A stretch of 62,676 nucleotides of DNA, the filler included, from Collodictyon triciliatum (Eukaryota): NCBI GenBank assembly GCA_043381765.1. It is 31 parts of 31 records of this genome, joined end to end, with 100 filler letters (N's around TTAATTAATTAA, not from the genome) between each part and the next. Parts side by side here need not be neighbours in the genome. Positions count along the whole stretch, not along the records: positions 38,754 to 40,659 come from JBHJMP010009936.1; positions 40,760 to 42,664 come from JBHJMP010009937.1; positions 42,765 to 44,669 come from JBHJMP010009938.1; positions 44,770 to 46,673 come from JBHJMP010009939.1; positions 46,774 to 48,677 come from JBHJMP010009940.1; positions 48,778 to 50,679 come from JBHJMP010009941.1; 25 more parts are not named here. One strand, 5' to 3'. Positions 38,754-50,091 of the stretch are shown here, piece after piece (position 1 is the stretch's first letter; each line of letters starts with the position of its first letter). Made by a program: the position numbers and the translations under genes. The notes beneath the pieces are model-generated. The model was not told the origin of the DNA, searched no databases, and saw only the letters and a list, made by a program, of their open reading frames with translations.

Positions 38754-39781
38754 TCTTTTCAGCAATCAATTGAATGGTAAATTTTAATTGTTATTTCATG
38801 TATTATTGATGCGAAACTAACTTTATATTACAGGAACAGTTCCAAACTTCAGTGGAATTCCAAATATATTAGATATTTATCTTTCCGGCAACCAGTTGAC
38901 TGGTAAGTTTTAGTTATTACTTTCATGTAATATATATAAAGCTAAATTTACATTACAGGAACGGTTCCAAACTTCAGTGGGATTCCAAATGTTCTAGGAA
39001 TTTATCTTGGCAACAACCAGTTGACTGGTAAGTTTTTATAATAATTTCATGTATTACTGATGAAAACTAAATTTATATTACAGGAACAGTTCCAAACTTC
39101 AGTGGGATTCCAAGTATTCTAATAATTTATCTTTTCAGCAATCAATTGAATGGTAAATTTTAATTGTTATTTCATGTATTATTGATGCGAAACTAACTTT
39201 ATATTACAGGAACAGTTCCAAACTTCAGTGGAATTCCAAATGTTGAAATAATTGATATTTCCAGCAACCAATTGAATGGTAAATTTTAATTGTTATTTCA
39301 TGTATTATTGATGCGAAACTAACTTTATACTACAGGAACAGTTCCAAACTTCAGTGGGATTCCAATCGTTTTAGAGATATATCTTTTCAGCAATCAATTG
39401 AATGGTAAGTTTTAATTGTTATTTCATGTATTATTGATGCGAAACTAACTTTACATTACAGGAATAATTCCAAACTTCAGTGGAATTCCAAATGTTAGAA
39501 TAATGTATCTTTTCAGCAATCAATTGAATGGTAAGTTTTAATTGTTATTTCATGTATTATTGATGCAGAGCTAACTTTATATTACAGGAACCGTTCCAAA
39601 CTTCAGTGGAATTCCAAATGTTAGAATAATGTATCTTTTCAGCAATAAATTGACTGGTATGTTTTAAGTACTATTTCATGTATTATTGGTACAAAACTAA
39701 CTTTAATTACAGGAACCGTTCCAAACTTCAGTGGAATTCCGAACGTTTTAAGAATTTACCTTGATAGAAACCGATTGAATG
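38754..39781 (+). repeat. Tandem array of 125-126-bp exon+intron cassettes (at least 8 units)
   Basis: Introns 38777-38833 and 39153-39209 are identical; 39279-39335 differs from them by 1 nt. Confidence 0.97.
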
Positions 39782-40659
39782 GTGATTTCCACTTATTTTC
39801 CCTTTCTATTTCTTAGATTTTCATATTTTCTCAAACATTAATGAGTAATTTTAGGCGCAATTCCAAACTTCTCAAATTTGGGGAAACTGGAGATTTTCTC
39901 TGTTAATGACAATCGGTTGGAGGGAGAGGTTCCAGATTTCAAGTATTGCGAAAGCATCCAGGAAATAATACTGTTCCGAAATAAGTTGTCAGGCACATTG
40001 CCGATGTTCAATCTGAATAACCTGATAAGACTGGATGTGAGCGAAAACCAAATCAGTGGCTCTATTCCCAATTACTGGATATTGCCTTCAATTAAATCCA
40101 TCGACTTGTCTTGGAACAAAATGAAAGGCACAATCCCAACCTATTTTCAGGAATTACAAGAGCTGAAATCACTCGTTTTATCACACAATAAATTTTCTGG
40201 AAGCATGCCTGATTTATTCTGGGATCTGCCGAATCTTGTCACTATAGACTTAAGAAACAACTCATTTTCAGGAGACGTTGGTGGTTTTATTGTTCCATTT
40301 GCAGGCAATTATTATTTTTATGAAAACCTTTTGCTTGATGACAACCAACTCTATGGAGCATTGAATTGGAGACTTTATAACTCTGTTATTAACGTAAAAA
40401 CATTAAGTATTAAGAATAACAACATCACCAAGCTTGATTACCTTACAACTCTATTGAGATGGAATTCCCTTGACCTCACTGGAAATCCGATTGTTGGAAG
40501 CATTCCTGAATCATACATAGGATTTTCAAAGCTTGAGCATCTGGGATTGAATACAACATCGATGAATCATGGAACAGCTAATTTCCTTCCTGATTTCATG
40601 AATTTCACAACAAGTTTCAATCTGCAAGACGAAACGAAACGCTACCTTTGTCCTTCCAT
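38754..40659 (+). CDS. Extracellular-type (plant-specific class) LRR receptor-like protein with one LRR per exon; internal fragment
   Basis: 69-nt phase-1 exons at 38834, 38959, 39084, 39210, 39336, 39462, 39588 and 39713, then a long exon 39855-40659 of LxxLxLxxNxLxGxIP repeats. Confidence 0.95.
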
Positions 40660-43584
40660 NNNNNNNNNNNNNNNNNNNNNNNNNNNNNNNNNNNNNNNNN
40701 NNNTTAATTAATTAANNNNNNNNNNNNNNNNNNNNNNNNNNNNNNNNNNNNNNNNNNNNTTTTTTTTTCTTTTCCTTTTTTTTTCTTTTTTTCTTTTTTC
40801 TTTTTTTCTTTTTTCTTTTTTCTTTTTTCTTTTGTGCACAAGGAATGTCGAGACAAAACAGCAAGGCAAGACTGTCTGTCCTCCCTGTATTGTTGCAAAG
40901 TTGTGTATCCACAAACCAGCGCTGAATAATTTCCGGTTTGGTGCAGCCAATATGTAATATTTTTCTCTCTATTTCGGGTGCATTTATTCTGGACATGTTT
41001 CGATCAGCAACATGTAAGTAATATCATATAATTTGATTACATATTAAACAGACTAGAACTATTCAGTAAACCTGTGATTATATATATTTTATATACTTAT
41101 AAATTCCACATTATATAGATGACGTCACGTTAGCGAAGCATTCCTTATTCCAGAATTATAAATTTTTATTGAATATAAATAACTTAATCTCATTACGGAT
41201 AATACTCTGTCCAATCTTCCAGGTGCTTTGGCCTTTGTTTTGCATCGGGTGCAGGAAATCGCAGAAATACAACCTGCTTGTGAGTGGTTTAGCCTCGATT
41301 GTGTCGTCGAAGGCGCCTGCTCCCTATCATAAAATCAAGGACAGACTCGGTAATCGGGCTCAGCAATACTGTTCTTTTCATTCGTCATCTTTTATTTCGC
41401 TTCCTTTCGTTTTCTTTTCTTTTTCTTTTTCTTTTTTCATTTCTTTTCTTTACTTTTCTTTTTCTTTATTTTTATCTTTTTTCTTTTGTCTTTTTTCTTT
41501 TGTCTTCTTTCTTTTTTCTTTTTTTATGGCCTTTCTTACTCATATCCCAGTGGTACTTTTGTGATTTATTTACATGTTTTCTTCGGTTTTGAATCATGAA
41601 CTAATTTATTAAACAACCAACAAAACTCCCTGTCTTATTCTTCCAGCAGAATGAATCCTATGTTTTCATCTTACATAATACAAAATAAAAACAACAAATA
41701 TAAGAAACAAGCAAACAAACTGACAAAGACGGCTTGCGATTATTGTACATTTTGTTTTCCGCTACACCTCCCTCGCGTTTTGCATTCCATCCCTTCTTGT
41801 ACTGGAGCTAAGAGTATCTGTATAATCCATAAAAAGACCATCGGGTGCTTTATGGGCCGTTCATTACGCTCAAGACACGTTTAATTTCGACTTTAGCGGT
41901 CCTCCTGAACCAAAACAAAGTAACCCATCTCTATGTCTCATTCATTTATTATGTTTCTCACCACTTTAGCTATTCCCATATTGTTCATATCTGCCTGCCT
42001 AGAACAACTCTTAAAAATACACATTTCTTCGAGTAGAACATTTTCCATATTACCTTACTTGGTTGGCACACTACATAACTTTATTTAGAATTAAAAAGAA
42101 ACGAAGGTACCCTCAAGATTTCTTCATAGAAACATATCATCTAATCCCTTGCAATAGAACTGATTAGTTAGCCTAAATGATTGCCTGAGTATTCACATAA
42201 AATCCAAAATATTCTCTAACCTCAAATCAATACTTTAATCACAGGTACAAGAGCTCTCCTATCTCTGGCAATAGAACAGTCTGCATAGTAAATAATTGAA
42301 AAAATTAGTTCGAATTATACAGGACGAAGGTCATATTTTTTTTCATGGTGATAATCAACTGGGTACTTTCAGTAAATCATGGACAACTGATATCTTCCCC
42401 AAAATACACACGGTTTCACGGACTTGCGTTTCACCGCCAGTTTTCGCCATCTCCAAAATTTCACTCTTCACAACCTCCCAAGACATTAAGACACTGTCAA
42501 TTATCACACAATACAGATATTTCCTTTTCAGGGTTTCCCACGAGTCCCATCTACAACATAGACCGTGATATGGTCACTCAACCAAGACAAAGCGAAGATA
42601 AATTTCAACCACAGATTCGACCGCAGCATATGTTAAGCAGACTTCGCTTCATTAATTATCTCAANNNNNNNNNNNNNNNNNNNNNNNNNNNNNNNNNNNN
42701 NNNNNNNNTTAATTAATTAANNNNNNNNNNNNNNNNNNNNNNNNNNNNNNNNNNNNNNNNNNNNAAAGAGAGAAGAAAAGAGAGAAGAAAAGAGAGAAGA
42801 AAAGAGAGAAGAAAAGAGAGAAGAAAAGAGAGAAGAAAAGAGAGAAGAAAAGAGAGAAGAAAAGGAGAAAAGGGTAGATGATGCTGTTTACCTCTAGGTC
42901 GCGGTTAAATTCATGAAAGCGATCCACCATCCCAGTTGTCGTTGCCTTTGGGGTAGTAGCGAAACAGAGAAGCAAGCAGGTATGGTCGTTAGAGAGGGAT
43001 GAAAACATGGCCAAGAGCAAAAAAAGCGACGCTTTTTCATGGGATAGTGGAGACTTTTTGGTATTATCAGCCACTTTCACTTATTGTTTCTACTTCTGAA
43101 GCTCTTGCTTCGTCTTTGAGGTGGGTCTGTGCCGATCACGCGCGATGTCTGTTTCTTTTGAAGTGAAGATTGTCCTTCTGGTGCGGATTTGATTGAATCT
43201 AGGTTCTCTTCGTATGGACATGATATCCACATTTGCACATCGAGATTCTACCCATCTGGATTCCCTTGATCTGGATTCTTTGACTCCTGATGTAACGCAT
43301 CAGGTGTTTCTTCTGGGGGTTTTATGACTTTCGTTGCGAGGTGGGCGATTTGATTGGAGTGGTAGAAGATTTGCATAACAAGAGAGGCATTCAGCCAAAG
43401 ATTGAATAGCTCCAATGTGCCACATATGGTATGTTTTGATATTGTTGTGAGAATATAATTATTTCATACTTGATTTTTCGACAGAATACCCTGAAGGTCG
43501 AATTAGGTTGGTTGTGTGATGAGACTACATGTGTTAATTTATTTTGTTTGGGTCTGCTTATATTGCCTACTAGAATAAGTATAA

Positions 43585-43689
43585 CAATCTTTCGATTGAT
43601 AAACCTGGTCTGCTAGTATCCAAGGTCTCACCACTTTTTTCAAAAAGATTGTGTAGTGTTGAAGGCTGCCAGGAAAGACCCGACAGCCT
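43585..43689 (-). ncRNA. Candidate Fanzor omega-RNA scaffold
   Basis: Four back-to-back hairpins immediately 3' of RuvC-III (43689-43663, 43658-43629, 43628-43601, 43598-43585). They contain G-U pairs on the minus strand and a CAAUC-GAAA-GAUUG tetraloop. Confidence 0.6.
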
Positions 43690-43734
43690 GTTTTTTAAAG
43701 AAAGGTGTATGCATATTTTTAGGATTAAAAGCAC

Positions 43735-44669
43735 TTTCTTGAGTATATTATAAGCGCTGTTTAAGTCCCTTGTCAAGAATACACTTTGCTTGCTTTCTGA
43801 GTGATTGTATTCTTTAAATATGAGACATCTAAACAACTTTTTTGAATTTCCTTTCAGTTTCATATATTCCAGTTCTTTTTCGCAGTTGCAGCACATCTTG
43901 GAGGTTCTAAATTCATCTACACTGATTGTTTCAAACCGTTTGGATAGTATTTTTCGTAATGCACTTCTGATTGTTGGCATAAAATCTTTCATCGGAGATT
44001 TTCTGCTCCAGTTTCCATACGCCAACAACATCCTTGCCAAATGTCTTTTCGATTCCGTTCATAAACAACTGTTCACTTCTTTATGTATTAACATACTGTC
44101 TCCATCTCACCTTTCGAAAAGTTACGTGTTCATAAAATCCGGAAAATTCTATCTGGTATCTTGATTTCATAGATATATATTTTCGAAATTTTTCATAATC
44201 GACCGCGCATGAATTATGTTTATTCCGTTTTGTCTCTAAATCGATTAAAGATGCTCTTGATGTCTCAAACTGCTGATTCTCTTCAAAAAAACCTGAGACC
44301 AAAAGAAATAGCACTTGGTAGATCTGTTGCCGTGCATATCGCTGAAATAATTGTACTTTTTTCTCGCGCAAGAGTATTTTGTAATTTTTAAGAGATTTGC
44401 TTTTATGTCTTGTTTGGCGCGCCGTGCAACGTAATTTCTTACCTGTCCCATCCACCATGTAAACATAATTAAACTTGCCTGCATCAACTATTTTTTTTTT
44501 CACTAATAAAGATAGCTGCTCTTCGGAAAGTTCATCTATACAAACATATTCTTGGTTTTTATTATATTTGTATTGAGATTTTGAATTTGAAATAGCTTTA
44601 TTGTTTTCAAATAATAATGATACCGCCAACTCGTCTGTTTGTATCATGTATTTAAAATTCTAATATCTT
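43735..44669 (-). pseudogene. Fanzor1 (eukaryotic TnpB-family RNA-guided nuclease), decayed and 5' truncated
   Basis: RuvC-I-like KIVDAGKFNYVYMVD, FRKVRWRQY, AYGNWS...MK.FMPT...LRK.L, VDEFRTSKMCCNC, RDLNSAYNI. Stop at 44081, frameshift near 44030, second Zn-finger Cys pair lost. Confidence 0.88.
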
Positions 44670-44769
44670 NNNNNNNNNNNNNNNNNNNNNNNNNNNNNNN
44701 NNNNNNNNNNNNNTTAATTAATTAANNNNNNNNNNNNNNNNNNNNNNNNNNNNNNNNNNNNNNNNNNNN

Positions 44770-45962
44770 TTTGGACATATAATGCAAGAAGATTTACTAA
44801 TTGAAGCAAAATCAGGATTGAATGTTCCATCTGAGCAAGTTTTGCATTGAACTTGGCTTACTTCATCATTGAAGGTTCCTGGTTCACAATCATTGCAATT
44901 AATATTACTTGTTTTATTACTATATGTACCGGCTGCGCATGAAAGACATGATGATTGACCAGTTAATGGTTGTATGTTCCAGCAGCGCATGAAAGACATG
45001 TTGCTTGTCCAGTTAATTGATTGTATGTACCAGCTGCACATGGATAGCAACTTGCTTGTCTGGTTAATTGATTGTAAGTTCCAGCTGCACATGAAATACA
45101 CGCACTGGAGCTTGTTGAGCCGATGGATGGATTGTACGTTCCAGCTGCGCATGATCTGCAACTTACTTGTCCAGTTAATTGATTGTATGTTCCAGCTGCG
45201 CATGATATACAAGCGCTGGAGCTCGTAGAGCCAATTGATGGATTGTATGTTCCAGCTGCACATGATATACAAGCGTCGGAGCTTGTTGAGCCGATTGATG
45301 GATTGTATGTTCCGGCTGTGCATAAAGAACAAGACGACGTTCCTCCAGCACTATAGCTTCCATATGGGCATAGTTGACAAGACTTTGTGACTGAATCATA
45401 GAACCGACCAGCGACACAAAGTACCCAGATTTTGATTGTATTATCCCAGCTTCCAGAAACAATTTTTGAACCATCAGAAGTAACAGCAACACTGAAAACC
45501 CTATCATTATGACCATTCAATGTGCGAATCAAAGCTCCGTCAGAAAGATTCCAGATTTTGATTGAATTATCATCGCCTCCAGAAACAATTTTTGAACCAT
45601 CAGGAGATACCGCAACACTGTAAACACCGTAAACACCACTAGTATGACCAGTCAATGTGCGAATCAAAGTTCCGTCAGAAAGATTCCAAATTTTGATTGA
45701 ATTATCATCACCTCCAGAAATAACTTTTGTGCCATCAGGAGTTACAGCAACACTCCAAACATCATTAGTATGACCAGTCAATGTACGAATCAAATTATCT
45801 TGCCCTTCAACAAGACACATTTGGCAGTGGAGCATCAATCCTAAAAATATATCAATTAAAATTCTATGTATTTTGAAGTCAATAAAGTTAAAACAATTAA
45901 AGTATCATTAATAACTCACCCAACAGCAACAAAGCTGCAAAAGTCTTTAAATTCCATCTCAT
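44770..45962 (-). CDS. Signal peptide + 3 WD40 repeats + Cys-rich (GCC2/GCC3-like) repeats; 1-nt frameshift near 44967; 3' truncated
   Basis: Exon 45962-45920 and phase-1 intron 45919-45841 give MRWNLKTFAALLLLGLMLHCQMCLVEG-QDNLIRTLTGH. Then three GH...IKIW repeats and CxSCAAGTYN repeats. Confidence 0.85.
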
Positions 45963-46298
45963 TCTAAACTAATGTGACATGTATTTAAAATATTAAAATA
46001 AATTTTTTGACATTTTCTAATACTCAGCAACATATTAGCTTTTCATATGATATTGAATCATCATTATACTCAATTATTATTGATTGATTCAGAAAAACAT
46101 CGTATAGACCATGCAAAACTTCAATAAAACTCATATAATAAAATATCTCAAAATATGAATACTCTTATTTATATCAATTGTTAAACATGACGATTTTATT
46201 TGATGGTAAAGTGACTTATTCAATCAATGCATCTATATTAAAAATGAAAAATAGTTATCATCTCAAAATAAATCGATATCAACTCATAAATTGATTGA

Positions 46299-46340
46299 TG
46301 ATATCAATATATACTTAATATTAAGTATATATTGATATCA
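46299..46340. repeat. Perfect 42-bp palindrome with no spacer
   Basis: TGATATCAATATATACTTAAT|ATTAAGTATATATTGATATCA. Confidence 0.95.
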
Positions 46341-47831
46341 ATTGATAAATACTTATAAATTAATTCATTAGTCTTCGGTTATATTTTTAACAAAATCATT
46401 TTTGTATCAATTATAAGTAGATTTTTATTTTATACTGATAGGAAAATCACTTATCAATTATTAGATGAATCATTTCTTAAAAACAAATCAATCAATTTAG
46501 ACATACGGAAAACAATATTAAGTATTGGACTCATGCAAATTAGCCTCATTGTGAATAGGACATGAGAATAAATCAAAAAAATCAAGTTTAAGTTTAAATG
46601 ATAGGACAATACATCTTATAATTTGAGCACAATAGATTTAGTTTATCTTAGTTATACATCAATAAATTGTGATNNNNNNNNNNNNNNNNNNNNNNNNNNN
46701 NNNNNNNNNNNNNNNNNTTAATTAATTAANNNNNNNNNNNNNNNNNNNNNNNNNNNNNNNNNNNNNNNNNNNNACCCAACTCCGTCGCAATGCGTGATTT
46801 ATGAGTGATTGTTTGATTTGTGCAGTTTGTTCGTATCCTTGTTTATCCAGAGAACCGTCTTTTGTTTGTTTACCCGTTCCCAATGCAATCATAGATTCCC
46901 AGCTGTTTTTGGAAATGACGCCCAGAACAGGACCACATTTGTGGAAAATATAATGTAACATCTCACAAAGCTCAAATAATATACTAATTAGATATTAGTG
47001 TGTACAAATATTATAGATAATTATGCATGATCTTGTTATTAACATTAAAATAAGCCATATGATATAACATCCAGGGTGGGTATGTTTTGAACTGATTGCG
47101 GAAAATCATTTCATTCACGGTTGTCCATATGTAGACCAAGTGTCCAGATTCAGGATTTCCAGTAACGGTATAATTTTCTCATTTGGAAAGTCGGGTAAAT
47201 AAGGCTACTTTTTTGGATGATTCTGTGCGAGGGAATAAGGCGAGGCCTTTGTTATTCGGGTTGTCCGGATAAGGAGCCATCATCACGAATGATAAAATAG
47301 CCAAATAAGGTATCAGACTTCAGACAGAGGGTGAAAGGCGATAGCAAAGCAAAGGCACGGCTCTTCTGTTTGGGGTGGATGGGTGCGCTGAGGAGGTGCG
47401 CGATGGGGAAGGCCTTGAAGGAGGCGAATTCCTTGCACGGTAGGTTTATTTGGCGAGAGAAAACCATAAGCGGGGATGCCCAGGACTGACCAGGAAAATA
47501 CAAGAACAATCATAGCGGAGGGCTTGTTTTATTAAGAAACTTGGTAGAGGCGGTATATAATCAGGCTTGGCTATTTGACAGAGCGAGTGGACTCTTTCTG
47601 AATCTTTTCTCAATAGAAGCGACCACGCAGCAAACAACACGAGTTACCGCACAGAACCATATCAATCATGTCTGGGGTTAATATCAGGCATCCATCATAG
47701 CCCAATAGCACTATACTTTTGAAATTATGAAGACCTTAATCCTTAACCCAATCGAATCAACTTTGGCTCACACGAACTCCCATGCACACTCACAAACAGA
47801 TCCGAGCGCTACGCAAGCAGTCGTTGGCCAG

Positions 47832-48322
47832 ATGAGCACAACTAGCCCCAATTCGCCTCGCTCTGCTTCCAGTGCAACAACCCAGACACGTGTTCGAGAT
47901 GATTACGAAGATATTCCGAACTGCCCACCCGCGCCAAAGCTTCGCTCGAAGCCGCCCCCCATCAGCATCCTGAAGCGAGTAGACCTTCCAAAGACACATC
48001 AGATCTTGCGCAGCCCTCCGTCTTTCTCTACAAACTTTGCTACCAACAATGCGCTAACCCCTGCAGAGCTTCTACTAGTTTGTTTCTTAAATTCTTGCGT
48101 CATTCTCACGCAATTCTTTTTTTTTTATTATCTACTTTTTTCAGTGCTTGTGGTTTAGAAGAACTAGAGTAGCTCCGTCATCAGCATCTTTACTTTTTTA
48201 ATCTATATATATATTCTCACCACAAGTCATGGTTTCCTTCTACTATTCAACTCCAGGCAGTGGAGACCATTCTGGCGAACGACATGGCTGATTTCTTGGT
48301 TGACGAAGATGAATATGATTAA
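47832..48322 (+). CDS. Small S/T/P-rich protein with a CPPAPK motif and acidic C-terminus
   Basis: Exons 47832-48077 and 48257-48322 join in phase 0: ...IPNCPPAPKLRSKP...ELLL|AVETILANDMADFLVDEDEYD*. Confidence 0.5.
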
Positions 48323-49254
48323 CTCTTGCAGGGCGACGGCTGACCGCAGCATCGCTTTGCCACTGTGTTTTTATTTATGAATCAACGCATCAGACAGTCA
48401 CTCCCCTCCTGTTCGGTATCCCTATTTTTTATACACTATTTCCTTATTCAAATGCCGTTATCTCCATTCCACCGCCCGTACACCAACTGCAAAGATGGCT
48501 GGGCGAGGAAAAGCCTCTCACAAACTATCACTTTCCCTTCACTCTGCCAAAGTGTAGAAGCCTAAGTTGTCCAGACCATAAACTACGAATAAAAAAACAA
48601 GAAAAAACAAAAAAACAAAAAAAACAAAAAAACAAAAAAAACAAAAAAACAAAAAACAAAAAAACAAAAAACAAAAANNNNNNNNNNNNNNNNNNNNNNN
48701 NNNNNNNNNNNNNNNNNNNNNTTAATTAATTAANNNNNNNNNNNNNNNNNNNNNNNNNNNNNNNNNNNNNNNNNNNNTTTTTCTTTCCTTTTTTCTTTCC
48801 TTTTTTCTTTCCTTTTTTCTTTCCTTTTTTCTTTCCTTTTTTCTTTCCTTTTTTCTTTCCTTTTTTCTTTCCTTTTTGAGAAAAGAGTTCAATTTCGAAT
48901 ATCACAGCGGATAGGAGTGTGTTTACAAGAGGCATTCAAGATTAAATACGCCATTTACATCATGCACGATTGTAAATAGGCGATGTGGACCATCGATTTT
49001 TATCATCGGGGCCCAGAAAGCATCAACAACATCAACATATCAGTTTATAAAAAAACACCCGGACTTTCGAAGTGGAGGGACAAAAGAAACAAAATTCTAC
49101 TCCTCCTACACCGGCCAAAATCCGTACGACGCTATTCACCTTTCCATATCCAAATTGACATAACTTACATTTTATCACCGCATAGCTCCTCATTTGTTTC
49201 CTTACCAGTCGTTTTACATATTACATGATTTATTGCTTTTTTATTTTTATTTTC

Positions 49255-50091
49255 TGGAGAAGTGAGGCGAGAAAGAAGGAATATCTTAGAATGTTCCCAT
49301 CATGCAAGGTAATATAATTACATAAGCAATATCTGTCAAATGAACCGTGGGTTTATCTTATGAATGGGATGAGAGTGTTTTAAGTGAAATTAGGCTTAGC
49401 CAAATAATTTGAGTTCTGTCGATGCATGAAAATGAAAACAATAGGCATCTTTATCAAACATACCTTCTCTGTCTAGAACTGCTTAACAGGCGAGGCAACT
49501 CCAGAGTATTCGACATCAATTCAGGTGGCAAAGAGTCTCAAAGAGGATTGGCCGGATGCTAGGATATTATTAATGATTCGAGACCCGGTCGAACGGGCTG
49601 ATTCACATTTCCGTATGGTTGTAAGGAAAAACGCTACGGAACTGTTTCCTGGACTTGGTTCGTTTGCCCAACAAATCAAACATAACTACCAATATGGAAA
49701 GCAATTCCATATATTTGATGAAGATGAAGGAAAACTAGATATGGAGACTCTTCAAACTCACCGGCATCTGTCAATTTTGGAACGTGGTATGTATGCCACT
49801 ATGATTGAAGAATGGACAAAGATATTTGACAGCAGTCAATTCATGGTTGTATTTTACGAAGATTTGGTCGACCCAGCCAAACAAAGCTGTGTTTTGCGTG
49901 ACATATTAAACTTTTGCGGTCTCCGACCCGGCTACTTATCAAAGGATGAGTTTCATCTGCCTTTTTCTAATGTTGGAGAGTCTAACAAAGTTAGAGATGA
50001 AGAGACAATCAGCTTCCTTCGAGAGTTTTACAAACCGTTCAACCGTCGTCTGAAAGCCGTTTTGCAAAAGGATATTCCTTATGCCATGTAA
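49255..50091 (+). CDS. PAPS-dependent sulfotransferase (heparan-sulfate/Sulfotransfer_1-like), C-terminal exons
   Basis: EYLRMFP..|LTGEATPEY...ARILLMIRDPVERADSHF (3'-PB motif), GMY...W, YEDL, LREFYKPFNRRL. Confidence 0.9.

Noticed and set aside
38754-39781. Conserved-repeat/variable-spacer pattern as a CRISPR array
   Set aside because: The units are GT-AG introns plus in-frame LRR exons, the variable parts are homologous to each other, and there are no cas genes.
10058-44669. Physical linkage of the virus-like cassette, Fanzor and LRR gene into one defence locus
   Set aside because: They lie on separate contigs ordered only by length, so no linkage can be inferred.
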